A DNA stretch of 64,000 bases from Candidatus Woesearchaeota archaeon (lineage in GTDB: Archaea > Nanobdellota > Nanobdellia > Woesearchaeales > JAWBMQ01), in contig JAWBOS010000002.1 in assembly GCA_038825875.1 (NCBI GenBank), forward strand, positions 12,607 to 76,606. Direction: 5' to 3'. The notes beneath the pieces were generated by a model, which was given only the letters and a program-made list of their open reading frames with translations, ran no database searches and was not told the DNA's origin. The translations under genes and the position numbers were made by a program. Positions 26,911-37,471 of this stretch are shown piece after piece (the first letter of the stretch is position 1; every line of letters starts with the position of its first letter).

Positions 26911-29742
26911 ATGAATGACAAGGAAATAAAGGAAATAATGAGATTAGAGGCAAGCAAAAATCCTGAAAAATTTTACCCTCTAAATTTTCTAAAAAATGAA
27001 TTAAAATTCACAAGAAAACAGTGCAAAAAGTGTGGAAGATTCTTCTGGACTAGCGATCCTGACAAAGAAATCTGTGGAGATAGTAAGTGCATTGATGGCT
27101 TTTTATTTATTGGAAATACTCCTGCAAAAAAGGAGATGGAATATACAGAATTATGGGAAGAATTTGCTAAATTCTTTGAAAAAAGAGGCTATAAATCCAT
27201 CAAGAGATATCCCGTTGTCGCAAGATGGAATCCTACTTTAGAATTTACTATTGCTAGTATTGCTGCTTTTCAACCATATGTGGTATCTGGTGAAATAGAT
27301 CCGCCAGCTAATCCCTTAGTTATTCCACAGCCTTGCCTAAGATTTAATGACATTGATAATGTAGGCTTAACAGGGTCTCATTTCACGGGATTTGTAATGA
27401 TCGGGCAACATGCATTTTTTCCTCCTGAAAAATATAATCAAGAGCAATACTTTAGAGATATTCATGAATGGTTAACACATGGAATGAAAATCCCCGAACA
27501 TGAGATAACGTACCATGAAGATGCTTGGGCTGGTGGAGGAAATGGAGGTGCTAGCTTAGAATTCTTTAGCAGAGGATTAGAATTAGGAAATCAAGTTTAT
27601 ACTATGTATGAAATAAAAAATAACACTCTTAAACCTTTAAAATTAAGGGTACTAGATATGGGTGCTGGCCAGGAAAGAATGGCTTGGTTTAGTAAGGGCA
27701 CTCCAACTGCATATGATACAACTTTTCAAAAAACAATAAGATATATTTTAAAAAACATTGGAAATGATTTAGATTTTAAATTAAAAGCATCTTTCTTGAA
27801 GTATGCTCCCCTTCTAAATGCAGATGAATCTGAAAATCTTAACGAAGTTTGGCAGTATGTTGCAAAAAAATTAGATTCTAATGTTGACGAATTGAAAGAA
27901 AAAGTTCTTCATAGTCAAAAAGTATACAGTATTGCAGAACACACAAGAAGTTTATTATTTGCAATAGTAGATGGAAAATTACCAAGCAATATTGGAGGGG
28001 GATATAACTTAAGATTAATTTTTAGAAGAGCATATTCCTTTTACGAAACACTTCCTAATTTTGATTTTCTAAAATTATTTGAGATCCATGCAGAGGAACT
28101 AAAACCCCAATATCCCGAATTAGGAGAAAATTTGGAGGAAGTAAAAGAAATAATAGATGAAGAAATAAAAAAATACCAAGAATTAAAGAAAAAACACTCT
28201 GAAATTTTTGCCAAGTTAGAAAAAATAGATGTTGACACAATGATAACTCTTTATCAAAGTTATGGCATTACTCCTCAACATCTAAAAGAACATGGATTTA
28301 GTGTTCCTGATGATTTTTACAAAAAACTTCAACAACTAAATCAGCAATCCAGTGAATTTTCTACAAAAAAAGAATTACCGTTTGAAATCCCTGATCTAGA
28401 AACAAAGCCAATATATTTTGAAAATTATAAGCTTTGCAAATTCAAAAGTAAGTTCATTTGGAGTACAATTTATGATAAAAAAACATATGCAATTCCTGAA
28501 GAAAGTGCTTTTTATCCAACCTCTGGAGGACAACTCAATGACAATGGATCAATTATTTTAAATGGCAAAGAATATACTATAGTTGACGTAATAAAGAATA
28601 ATCGAGCAATCGTTTTAGTAATCAACGAAGAAATTGATTTGGAAGGAAAAGAGTTCATAGGAATAATCGATTTTGAAAAGAGATTACAATTATCCCAACA
28701 TCACACAGCAACACATCTTCTTAATGGTGTTGTAACAGAAATCTATGGAACACATATTTGGCAACATTCTGCTGCGAAATCGCTCGATAAGGCAAAATTA
28801 GACTTAACACATCATAAGATGTTAACAAAGGATGAAATAAAAGTTATTGAAGAAAGGGTAAGGGAGTATATTAAAAGAAATCTGAAAGTTGAAAAAACCA
28901 TTGAAAAAAGAAATCTTGCTGAAGAAAAATATGGTTTCAGAATATATCAAGGAGGCGCCGTTCCTGGCAAAGAATTAAGAATTGTAAAAATCATTAAAGA
29001 AGATGGAAATATTTTAGATGTTGAAGCCTGTGGCGGGACTCATCTAGATTATACAGGAGAAATAGGAGAGTTCAAAATTTTGGATGTTAAAAAACCACAA
29101 GATGGGATTATAAGATTTGAATTCGTTGCTGGAAAAGCATGCCAAAAAATTGCGCAAGAATCCGAGAAAATAGCTAATAATATTTTAGAAATCACTAAAG
29201 ATTTTTTGAAAGATAGAATTCCTATTAAAAAGGGCCTAGAAATTTATGATGAATTAAAAAATGCCTCAGAATTACTAAGTTGTGGAATTGAGGATTTGGA
29301 AAATACAATAAAAAGATTTTGTAAGGAAATGTTAGAAATTCAAGAAAAATATAAAATAAGCAAGAAAGTAAATGCTAATAATCTTTTTGAATTAATTGAA
29401 AATATTTTTTCTCTGTGGAAAGAGTACAAAAAAGAAAAGGAAAAAATAGAAAAGGAATTAATTGAAAAATTGAAGATAACACTAAAACCTGGTGTTCTGA
29501 GAATAGATGAAGATATCGAATTACTAAGAAAATTATGTGAAAAGAGTGATCAAAAAAATGTGCTAATAATAAATGATAAAAATCAATTTGTATTTGTGGG
29601 TGATGAAAATCTATATAATGAGTTAGCTAGTAAAAAATTGGTAAAAGGCGGAGGAAAAGAAATTAAACAAGGAATAATAGATTCAAATAAGTTAAATGAA
29701 ATTGAAGACATCTTTAAAAAATTCCTTAAGAAAAACATATAA
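26911..29742 (+). CDS. alaS: Alanyl-tRNA synthetase.
   Basis: The protein is 943 aa. It has class II AlaRS core motifs and an editing domain with HTATHLL and CGGTHL. Confidence 0.9.
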   Translation: MNDKEIKEIMRLEASKNPEKFYPLNFLKNELKFTRKQCKKCGRFFWTSDPDKEICGDSKCIDGFLFIGNTPAKKEMEYTELWEEFAKFFEKRGYKSIKRYPVVARWNPTLEFTIASIAAFQPYVVSGEIDPPANPLVIPQPCLRFNDIDNVGLTGSHFTGFVMIGQHAFFPPEKYNQEQYFRDIHEWLTHGMKIPEHEITYHEDAWAGGGNGGASLEFFSRGLELGNQVYTMYEIKNNTLKPLKLRVLDMGAGQERMAWFSKGTPTAYDTTFQKTIRYILKNIGNDLDFKLKASFLKYAPLLNADESENLNEVWQYVAKKLDSNVDELKEKVLHSQKVYSIAEHTRSLLFAIVDGKLPSNIGGGYNLRLIFRRAYSFYETLPNFDFLKLFEIHAEELKPQYPELGENLEEVKEIIDEEIKKYQELKKKHSEIFAKLEKIDVDTMITLYQSYGITPQHLKEHGFSVPDDFYKKLQQLNQQSSEFSTKKELPFEIPDLETKPIYFENYKLCKFKSKFIWSTIYDKKTYAIPEESAFYPTSGGQLNDNGSIILNGKEYTIVDVIKNNRAIVLVINEEIDLEGKEFIGIIDFEKRLQLSQHHTATHLLNGVVTEIYGTHIWQHSAAKSLDKAKLDLTHHKMLTKDEIKVIEERVREYIKRNLKVEKTIEKRNLAEEKYGFRIYQGGAVPGKELRIVKIIKEDGNILDVEACGGTHLDYTGEIGEFKILDVKKPQDGIIRFEFVAGKACQKIAQESEKIANNILEITKDFLKDRIPIKKGLEIYDELKNASELLSCGIEDLENTIKRFCKEMLEIQEKYKISKKVNANNLFELIENIFSLWKEYKKEKEKIEKELIEKLKITLKPGVLRIDEDIELLRKLCEKSDQKNVLIINDKNQFVFVGDENLYNELASKKLVKGGGKEIKQGIIDSNKLNEIEDIFKKFLKKNI

Positions 29743-29823
29743 ATAGTATTTATTATTCCGAAATATTGGAATAGTAAGAAAGAAAAATTAAAGAATGAAC
29801 AATAGATTGTGAAATGACTGGTT

Positions 29824-29907
29824 GCTGGGGTCGCATAACCTGGTAGTGCGCCTGCCTGCTAAGCAGGTGCCCTTTCGGGCTTGTGGGTTCAAATCCCACC
29901 CCCAGCG
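29824..29907 (+). tRNA. tRNA-Ser (anticodon GCU), class II.
   Basis: The acceptor stem is GCTGGGG/CCCCAGC. The anticodon stem-loop is CCTGC-CTGCTAA-GCAGG. A long variable arm and the T-arm GTGGG-TTCAAAT-CCCAC are present. Confidence 0.85.
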
Positions 29908-30008
29908 CTCTCAAAATTTCAACAATAGATATCAAAAAATAAAAAATCAGAAAGTTGAGATGCCTAAAGATAAATTTTATAAATTAGTTACAACTTTCTA
30001 ATAGTAAC

Positions 30009-30515
30009 ATGATTCCATATAACTTGGAACTGGGAAATTTAAAAAAGACATATATTGATGATGTCTTAAGAAGCTATTCTAATATCTCTCAAGAAGAAAT
30101 ACTTAGCGAAGAAAAGAAAAAAAATATAGAGACATTGATATATGATTGCCTTAAAAAAATAGATGCTACAGAAAAGATTAATGAAAGCAAAGAGAGGAAA
30201 ATATTAGGATTAAGCGGGGGTTTGGGAGTTGCAGCAGGAATAGCTTGGAGTTATTATATCTTTGATCCGTTTGCCTTAACAAATTATTTGAATTTTATAA
30301 TGTTTCCTTGTCTTTACGGAGTCCTAGGAATGTTTATTGGACATACAATTGTAGATCACATAAACACAAAGGAAAAAGATAAAAGAATGAGCAAATTTAT
30401 TCAAGATCTAGAAAAAATAAAAAGAACATATTCAGATCCAAAAGAATATTTTCAAGAAATAGAAAAATTCCTTATAAATTTAAAAGAAGAAAACAAAAAA
30501 TATTTAACTAAATAG
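30009..30515 (+). CDS. Hypothetical protein with a central hydrophobic segment.
   Basis: The ORF has no recognisable motif. Confidence 0.3.
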   Translation: MIPYNLELGNLKKTYIDDVLRSYSNISQEEILSEEKKKNIETLIYDCLKKIDATEKINESKERKILGLSGGLGVAAGIAWSYYIFDPFALTNYLNFIMFPCLYGVLGMFIGHTIVDHINTKEKDKRMSKFIQDLEKIKRTYSDPKEYFQEIEKFLINLKEENKKYLTK

Positions 30516-30530
30516 AATCGTTCGAATGAT

Positions 30531-31241
30531 ATGATTCAACAACATCTTGAAATTCTAAAAATTAGGGAAATACTTGAAGCTCCTTTTGTTTCTTCTGAGA
30601 ATGAGCCAAATTGCATAGTAATAAATGGAAAAAACATCGTAAGAGTTCTGGTTTATGGAGTAATAATAAATAAGTTTGAAACAACATATACCTCTATTTT
30701 GATTGATGATGGCACATCAAACATTGAAGTAAGAGTATTTGAAAATTTTCCAATTCTCGAAGAAATTGATGTTGGGGATATGATATTAGTAATAGGAAAA
30801 GTTAGAGAATTTGGAAAAAAATACATTAGTGGAGAAATAATCAAAAAAATTGAAAGTGATGAATGGCTTGAAGTATTAGAGAGAATGAAGGTTAAAAATA
30901 AGGAAATAATTGAAAAACCAGAATCAGTTCAGCCAGATCAATTGAAAATAGAGAATAATTTGATAAAAAGCAAAATAGAAGCAGTAGAGGAAATAAAAGT
31001 TGAGGATCCTGAAAAAGGATTTGATTTTATAAAAGAAAAAACAAAGAGATTTGAAGAAGAAATTGAGAAAAAAAATAAATTGCTTAGCATAATAAAAGAA
31101 AACGACGATGGATCCGGAGCAGATTACAATGCACTCTTAGAAAAGTATCCTTTTGATGATCTAGATGAAATTTTGTTCAAACTTCTAGAAAGTGGAGACA
31201 TATATGAATTTAGACCTAAGAGATATAAAATTCTGGATTGA
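30531..31241 (+). CDS. OB-fold plus C-terminal winged-helix protein, RPA32/Stn1-like.
   Basis: The N-terminal region VRVLVYGVIINKF...ILIDDGTSNIEVRVFEN...GDMILVIGKVREFG has an OB-fold pattern. An acidic linker and a C-terminal wH-like LLEKYPFDDLDEILFKLLESGDIYEF follow. Confidence 0.4.
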   Translation: MIQQHLEILKIREILEAPFVSSENEPNCIVINGKNIVRVLVYGVIINKFETTYTSILIDDGTSNIEVRVFENFPILEEIDVGDMILVIGKVREFGKKYISGEIIKKIESDEWLEVLERMKVKNKEIIEKPESVQPDQLKIENNLIKSKIEAVEEIKVEDPEKGFDFIKEKTKRFEEEIEKKNKLLSIIKENDDGSGADYNALLEKYPFDDLDEILFKLLESGDIYEFRPKRYKILD

Positions 31242-31254
31242 TGCTAAAAATACC

Positions 31255-32397
31255 TTAAAATCGTCTAATCCTTTCCATCACTACAGCCATATCCTGAAAT
31301 TTGGTTATATATGCAATTCTGTCTCCTTTTAAATCTGATTCCAATCTTTTCCTAAGAGACCAATAATTTTCAGAGGGTATTGAAAATTTTATTATAGCTT
31401 TACCATAATTATTCTCCTTAAGATATCTATTTATCAGATCTATTGAAAAAGAAAAAACAGCTTTCACTTCATAGGTTTCTCTAAAATAATCTGAAGAAAT
31501 CAAATAATCACTTGTTGAAAATGTTCTTTTTTGATCAATCTTAAGCAAATACAATTTTTTATCAAACAAATGAAAAAACTCATTTATTAAATCTGCATAA
31601 ACAACCGATATTGGAATTTCATATAAGAACTTTTTAATTTTATCTGTTTCTTCCACAATATTCCTCAATTTTGGATTGTCACGAATAACTATATTTTTTG
31701 GAAGAATTACTGCAGTCCTTTCAGATAATGAAAGAGCCTGAGAATAGAAGGTTAATCTATTAATTTCATTATTAAGCTCTATGTACTCAAACTCCCCTTT
31801 CCAGGGAATTTTTTTCCTTTCTATTTGTGGAGGTAAATCAAAAACAAATTTCTCTGTTTTATAATGATATTTTTCATATACCATTAGAGGGTTTGGCTTG
31901 AGATCTTCTAATTTCCTTTCTCTTGCAAATGCATCCCTGGCAGGATCTGAAAAAATAACTTCTACATTGATTTTTGATATAATTTCTTCAGAAAGAGAAT
32001 CACCAACTATAAACCTGATATGATTCAAACCATAATTCTGTGCATTTCTCTTTGCATATTCTATTTTTTTAGGATCTATATCAACTCCTATGGCAATGCT
32101 AGCATATCGAGCAAAATGAATTAATTGTATTCCTATTCCACAAGAGATATCTGCTACAGAGCTTGGCTTCAACCTTTCTGCTCTGTACTTCGCTACTATC
32201 TCATTAGTAGAATACCTCATTCCTTCAACATCGCTCCATATTGGAACTGAATAGTTTTTACTCTTCGCTAAAATTCGTGCCTTTGCAACCTCAATCAAAT
32301 CGTTACTTACATAGCTTATCTTTTTTCTTATTTGATCATCAGAATACCCATTTCTTAATAAGTCTTCTATTTCATTAAGTACTTTTTCTTCATCCAT
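31255..32397 (-). CDS. Tgs1-like (PF09445-type) SAM-dependent RNA guanine-N2 methyltransferase family protein with a large C-terminal extension.
   Basis: The segments ADISCGIGIQLIHFA, AIGVDIDPKKIEYAKRNAQNYGLNHIRFIVGD and VIFSDPARD parallel Tgs1 motifs I, post-I and IV. Confidence 0.5.
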   Translation of the reverse strand: MDEEKVLNEIEDLLRNGYSDDQIRKKISYVSNDLIEVAKARILAKSKNYSVPIWSDVEGMRYSTNEIVAKYRAERLKPSSVADISCGIGIQLIHFARYASIAIGVDIDPKKIEYAKRNAQNYGLNHIRFIVGDSLSEEIISKINVEVIFSDPARDAFARERKLEDLKPNPLMVYEKYHYKTEKFVFDLPPQIERKKIPWKGEFEYIELNNEINRLTFYSQALSLSERTAVILPKNIVIRDNPKLRNIVEETDKIKKFLYEIPISVVYADLINEFFHLFDKKLYLLKIDQKRTFSTSDYLISSDYFRETYEVKAVFSFSIDLINRYLKENNYGKAIIKFSIPSENYWSLRKRLESDLKGDRIAYITKFQDMAVVMERIRRF

Positions 32398-32503
32398 GAA
32401 ATTTTAATGTTCAATTAGATTTTTAAAGTTTTAGATAAAAGAGCAAATAAAATAGCAAGAAAAACACAAAAAATATATAAATAAAAATGTGCTAAATTGC
32501 TAA

Positions 32504-33067
32504 ATGAAGAAAAAACAAAAAAATGAATTCATATCGAAATACATAAGATATCTCAAAGAAACATATCTTGAAGATAATGATTTTAAGATTGTGTCTATAG
32601 TATTCATGATATCTTATTTAGTAGGATATACAATTGTGTTATTTGATCTCACCAATACTCAAGCATTTTCCTCACAACTAACAATTCCATATTCCTTAGA
32701 GAAGGATTTATTTGGATATGAAGTTTTTAGAGGATATCTTGTCAATTATCTACTTGTATTACTACTTGGCACTCTTTTTGTACTGCCTTTGTTCTCCTTT
32801 GTTCCGTTTGTTGGAATCGCAAATGGATCTGCTCTACCGCTTATGTTAGCAAATGAAAATGTCTCAATTGCCATTGCATATCTTGTTCTTAACTTGATAT
32901 TCATTAAGTACTTCATGCTTTTATCGCACTTCTCGGCAAAAATTGGAAAATGGTTAATTTATCTGTTCCTAAAAAAACCATATAAGATAGAATTTAAATT
33001 AATTATCTTACCTTCTATCTTATTAGTCGTTCTGATCATCCTTAACTTTATCTTTAAAACATTGTGA
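32504..33067 (+). CDS. Hypothetical polytopic membrane protein.
   Basis: It has 5 predicted TM helices and no motif. Confidence 0.3.
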   Translation: MKKKQKNEFISKYIRYLKETYLEDNDFKIVSIVFMISYLVGYTIVLFDLTNTQAFSSQLTIPYSLEKDLFGYEVFRGYLVNYLLVLLLGTLFVLPLFSFVPFVGIANGSALPLMLANENVSIAIAYLVLNLIFIKYFMLLSHFSAKIGKWLIYLFLKKPYKIEFKLIILPSILLVVLIILNFIFKTL

Positions 33068-33071
33068 AAAC

Positions 33072-33584
33072 ATGAAAAATACAAAAATTTATTGGCTTTT
33101 AATGGCTATATTATTTGCATTGAATTGTTTTGCTCAATCAATTCCTGTTGAAGAAAAATCAAATTATGATAACACTGTAAATGTGGAACTTATAGTAAAA
33201 GAAAAGTTGATTTATAAATTTGATACTGCAATAGATCAAATATATGGATTAGAAAACAAAAATTGCAAGATTCTGGAAAAAGAGATAATTTGTGACATAG
33301 TGTGGATAAAGAGAGTATGGTATGATGAAGTAGAAATCCCTATGATATGGTTTTACAATAAAACAATAAATAAGATCTGTGTTGATAGTGATTATAAAAT
33401 GAGAAAAAGTGTAGAATATAACTCTTATGCTAGAGATCAATTGCCAAAAAATTGTTTCTATAACCTATATGAGATAAAGATTATTAGAGAAAAATTTCCT
33501 ATAATCCAAATTATACTCTACCTTGTCTTAATAGCTTTAACTTTTGGATTATTATTCTATTACTCTAAAAATGCAAAAAGTTAG
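33072..33584 (+). CDS. Hypothetical secreted protein with a C-terminal TM anchor.
   Basis: It has an N-terminal signal-like sequence (MKNTKIYWLLMAILFALNCFA). A C-terminal TM is also present. Confidence 0.3.
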   Translation: MKNTKIYWLLMAILFALNCFAQSIPVEEKSNYDNTVNVELIVKEKLIYKFDTAIDQIYGLENKNCKILEKEIICDIVWIKRVWYDEVEIPMIWFYNKTINKICVDSDYKMRKSVEYNSYARDQLPKNCFYNLYEIKIIREKFPIIQIILYLVLIALTFGLLFYYSKNAKS

Positions 33585-33891
33585 AAAAGTTAGAATTTTA
33601 TCCTATGAAATTGCAGATAATTTATGGAAATGGATTAAAGGATTAATGTTTTCTAAACCGAAAACTTTGATATTTGATTTTAAAAAAACCCGTGAAGTTA
33701 AAATTCACATGTGGTTTGTATTTTTTCCGATTTATGCAATCGTTCTTGACGAAAACAAGAAAGTTATTAAGATAAAGAAATTATACCCTTTTATATCTTT
33801 TTTTAAATTTAAAGGGAGATACCTCATAGAAATGCCACAAAAAGAATTCAAAAAATATAAAATCACATTAAATGATTTGATATCATTTTAA
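33571..33891 (+). CDS. DUF192-family protein.
   Basis: The GLMF and IHMWFVFFPIYAIVLDENKKVIKI pattern corresponds to the DUF192 GLM...WM.n...PLD signature. Confidence 0.45.
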   Translation: MQKVRKVRILSYEIADNLWKWIKGLMFSKPKTLIFDFKKTREVKIHMWFVFFPIYAIVLDENKKVIKIKKLYPFISFFKFKGRYLIEMPQKEFKKYKITLNDLISF

Positions 33892-35316
33892 AACCCACTT
33901 ACTTTCATCCTTATTGTCCAATATCTCAATACCATAATTCTTCAAACAATCCCTTATCATATCACTATATCTATATTGCTTCTCTTTTCGGATCTCATTT
34001 CTTATCTGGACAATATCATCAATTAATTTAAAGATAAAATCTGTCTTTTGAGAAAAATCAAAAATATCCAATATAGAATTTATCTCCAAAAGAATTTCTT
34101 TCGATAAGTTAACTTCTATTTCTTCTGGAATTACTTTTGAGTTAACTATACTGAAAAATCGACTTATAGCAGAATTTGATTTTGAAATATTAAAATCATC
34201 AGCCAAACCCATTAAAAAATCCTCATAAACCTGTAAAAGCTGTTTCTCAAGATCTGGATCTTTTTTCTTTTCTACTGCATTAAGCAACAATTTTGCACTT
34301 CTTTGCAGATCTTCTAGTCGATTTTTTGCAGAATCCAAAAGATCAAAAGAAAACTCTAATGGAGCACGATAATGGGTCTGAAGATAAAAATACCTCACTA
34401 CAAGAGGATCATATTTCTTGAATACATCTCTTAAAGTAAAAAAGTTTCCGAGCGATTTTGACATCTTTTCATTGTTTATAGTTAAAAAACCATTGTGAAT
34501 CCAATGTTTTACAAATGGTTTTATACCTGATATTGCTTCCATCTGAGCAATTTCGCTTTCATGATGAGGAAAAATCAGATCTATTCCTCCGCCATGAATG
34601 TCATATTGAAACCCATGATATCTCTGGGCAATAGCTGTATCCTCTATATGCCAACCTGGTCTACCTTGCCCTATCTCTGAATCCCAAAAAGGTTCATTGG
34701 GTTTTCTGAATTTCCACAGCACAAAGTCATACGGAGTCCTTTTTTCATCCTTTAACTCCAACCGTGCACCTGGCTTCAAATCCTTTAATTCTTGACCTGA
34801 AAGTTTGCCATACTCTGGAAATTTTGAAACATCAAAATAGATTCCATCTGAAATCTCATATGCATATCCCTTCTCCATCAATGTTTTTACTTGCCAGATA
34901 ATTTCAGGAATATGCTCTGTAGCTCTAGCATAAAGATTTACAGAATTAACATGCATTTTTGCCATATCCTCTTTATAGTATTGTTCATATGTTATCGAAA
35001 GTTCTTTCCAAGAAATTCCCATTTCTCTTGCTCTATTTATTATTTTATCATCTATATCTGTAATGTTCTGTAAATAAAATACTGAAATACCTAAAGCTCT
35101 TAGAAATTTAACAAAGGTATCATAGAACGTATAGGAGCGCCCATGACCAACATGAGAAAAATCATAAACTGTAGGACCACAAACAAACATGTCCAATCTA
35201 TTATCATGAGGTCTAATTGGATCTATAGCTTTTGTCAAAGTATTGTACATCCTTAAAGAATCTCTAACTCTATCCTTTATAAGTTTAATTTGGGGATTTT
35301 GTGAAGTCATTTTCAT
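33883..35316 (-). CDS. cysS: Cysteinyl-tRNA synthetase.
   Basis: The HIGH motif (CGPTVYDFSHVGHGRSY), the KMSKSLGN motif and an anticodon-binding C-terminal domain are all present. Confidence 0.9.
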   Translation of the reverse strand: MKMTSQNPQIKLIKDRVRDSLRMYNTLTKAIDPIRPHDNRLDMFVCGPTVYDFSHVGHGRSYTFYDTFVKFLRALGISVFYLQNITDIDDKIINRAREMGISWKELSITYEQYYKEDMAKMHVNSVNLYARATEHIPEIIWQVKTLMEKGYAYEISDGIYFDVSKFPEYGKLSGQELKDLKPGARLELKDEKRTPYDFVLWKFRKPNEPFWDSEIGQGRPGWHIEDTAIAQRYHGFQYDIHGGGIDLIFPHHESEIAQMEAISGIKPFVKHWIHNGFLTINNEKMSKSLGNFFTLRDVFKKYDPLVVRYFYLQTHYRAPLEFSFDLLDSAKNRLEDLQRSAKLLLNAVEKKKDPDLEKQLLQVYEDFLMGLADDFNISKSNSAISRFFSIVNSKVIPEEIEVNLSKEILLEINSILDIFDFSQKTDFIFKLIDDIVQIRNEIRKEKQYRYSDMIRDCLKNYGIEILDNKDESKWVLK

Positions 35317-35397
35317 AAGAAAGTTAGAAATCTTTTATAAAATTGTTGATAAGTTGTGAAAAAATTTTTATATTACAAATTCAAAATAATATAAAAA

Positions 35398-35904
35398 ATG
35401 CTCGAAATTGACCCAAAACTTTTGAATTATATCAAGAATTGCATATCTTTAGGGTACTCAAAAGAACAAATTAAAGCCTCACTCATTTCTGTAGGATGGG
35501 ATGAAAAAACAATTGAGAATGCGTTTTCTTTTTTGGAAAATAAGGAAACCGTTTCAAAGGAAATAGATCCAACAATATTTGAAACTCAGAACAGCAAAAT
35601 TAAGCTTCACTTTTTGATCCTTATCTTTGGAATTTTTGTGATTAGCACATTATTCGGAATTATTTATTTTACAGTAAATCGAGGAAGAGACATAGGTCTT
35701 TCTACAAAGAGTGTTTCCGATGAACTAAACATAAAATTAGAGTTTGGAACAAGGATTCAGAAAAATAATGGGATTAATTCAAATAGTGAAGGAATAACAT
35801 TAACAAAAGAAAGAGAAGAATTAATACTTAAAGAATTAGAAAGAAATACTCGTGCTGGAAAAAGTTTTAATGAGCTAGAATACTACACAAGCAAATTAAA
35901 ATGA
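35398..35904 (+). CDS. Hypothetical single-pass membrane protein.
   Basis: It has one central TM helix and no motif. Confidence 0.3.
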   Translation: MLEIDPKLLNYIKNCISLGYSKEQIKASLISVGWDEKTIENAFSFLENKETVSKEIDPTIFETQNSKIKLHFLILIFGIFVISTLFGIIYFTVNRGRDIGLSTKSVSDELNIKLEFGTRIQKNNGINSNSEGITLTKEREELILKELERNTRAGKSFNELEYYTSKLK

Positions 35905-36878
35905 AAAATCATCGAAAAAATCATCTTGAAAAGTATATTATAAAAAGTATTCCTGTTGTTGATGAATCTTGTTCTATAAATGATGTTATATCTTTATTAG
36001 AACAAAGTAGTCCAATCTTTGATGCTGTTGATTACATTTATGTGATAAACAACGAAGAAAAATTAATAGGATATATCAGCATTAAGGATCTTTTCAATCT
36101 TGCGAAAGAAACAAAGGTAAAAGACGTTATGGAAACAAAAATAGTGCATGGAACATTATCGGACTCCTTAGAAAAAATTGCAGAACTTTCAATAAAGAAT
36201 GGACTTACACAGATACCAATTCTTGAAAATAACAAGTTACTTGGTGTTGTAGCATCTAAAACAATTCTTTCAGTAATAAACAAAAATCTTAAAGAAGATC
36301 TACTTCATCTTGCTGGAGTAAATAAATCTCACTTAGAGTATAAATCAAATTTGGATATTCCTTTAAATTCTGCAATAAAAGTAAGAATTCCATGGTTACT
36401 GATAGGATTGATAGGCTGCTTTTTTATGGCCTCTCTCATAATAAATTTTGAAAACCTCCTATCAAAATACTTTATTATTACAACATTTATTCCCGTAATT
36501 GTTTATCTTAGTGATTCAATTGGAACTCAAACCCAAACAATATTCATAAGGGATATCGCTCTTTGGGGAAAAAAATTAAGAATTAAAGATTACTTTAAGA
36601 AAGAAATCCTTGTGATCTTTTTGACAGCAACAATAATAAATATCCTCCTTCTCATTGTAATTTTGCTATTTTTTAGAGAACCGTACTTGGGTTTAATAAT
36701 TGCAATATCTTCTATAATAACAGATCTTTGCAGTGGAATCATTCAGTTAATAATTGCAATAAGCATCAGGTACTTTAATCTTGATCCTGCCTTCGGAAGT
36801 GGACCTATTGCAACAGTTATTACAGATTTCATTTCTGTGCTTATATATGTGGTTATTTGCATTATCTTTTTGCAATAA
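35901..36878 (+). CDS. mgtE: Magnesium transporter MgtE, a short form with a CBS pair plus the TM domain.
   Basis: An N-terminal CBS pair is followed by a five-TM C-terminal domain with the MgtE-like acidic pattern IPVIVYLSDSIGTQ. Confidence 0.7.
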   Translation: MKNHRKNHLEKYIIKSIPVVDESCSINDVISLLEQSSPIFDAVDYIYVINNEEKLIGYISIKDLFNLAKETKVKDVMETKIVHGTLSDSLEKIAELSIKNGLTQIPILENNKLLGVVASKTILSVINKNLKEDLLHLAGVNKSHLEYKSNLDIPLNSAIKVRIPWLLIGLIGCFFMASLIINFENLLSKYFIITTFIPVIVYLSDSIGTQTQTIFIRDIALWGKKLRIKDYFKKEILVIFLTATIINILLLIVILLFFREPYLGLIIAISSIITDLCSGIIQLIIAISIRYFNLDPAFGSGPIATVITDFISVLIYVVICIIFLQ

Positions 36879-37028
36879 TAGAAAAAAGCATAGAAAAGAC
36901 AAAAAATTTAAAAAATCAAAATAAATATAAACCAAAAAGAACTTTATAATGACAGGTTTTAGTTTGTTATATAATTTGACAAAAAAATTTATAAATAACT
37001 TAAATAATGTATATTGAGGGGTGTTAGA

Positions 37029-37430
37029 ATGGGATTCAAAAACGCATTATTTAGAAACATAGGAGTAAAGGCAAAAGAAGAAAGTGAGGAAGATTACCTT
37101 GAAATTTCTACAGATGAAATTGAAGATAAGGAAAAAAAAGTACTAGTAAGAGCATATTCACTTAATTCTTTTGAGGATATAAAACCAATTCTAACAGATC
37201 TTAGAGAGGGATATATTATTTGTTTTGTAAATATAAAAAATCTAAAAGAAAAAGATCCTGTAGAATTAAAAAGAGCAATCCAAAAGTTTAAAATTGCAAT
37301 AGAAAATTTTGGAGGAGATATCGCAGGGGTAGGAGAAGAGTGGATAATCATTACTCCATCATTTGCTGAAATAGACAAAAGCAAGAGAATGTATAGTGAG
37401 AAACCTCAAAGAGATGAGGAAGAGTTCTAG
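37029..37430 (+). CDS. sepF: Cell division protein SepF-like (DUF552).
   Basis: The pattern VLVRAYSLNSFEDIKPILTDLREGYIICFVNIKNL...AIQKFKIAIENFGGDIAGVGEEWIIITP matches the SepF core. The ATG at 37029 is preferred over the TTG at 37014. Confidence 0.6.
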   Translation: MGFKNALFRNIGVKAKEESEEDYLEISTDEIEDKEKKVLVRAYSLNSFEDIKPILTDLREGYIICFVNIKNLKEKDPVELKRAIQKFKIAIENFGGDIAGVGEEWIIITPSFAEIDKSKRMYSEKPQRDEEEF

Positions 37431-37471
37431 AAACAAAATAAAAAAAATTTATTAATCTATTTCTTTTTTAA

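Noticed and set aside
29753-29935. A 60-aa minus-strand ORF overlaps tRNA-Ser.
   Set aside because: It is the antisense translation of the tRNA gene and not a real CDS.
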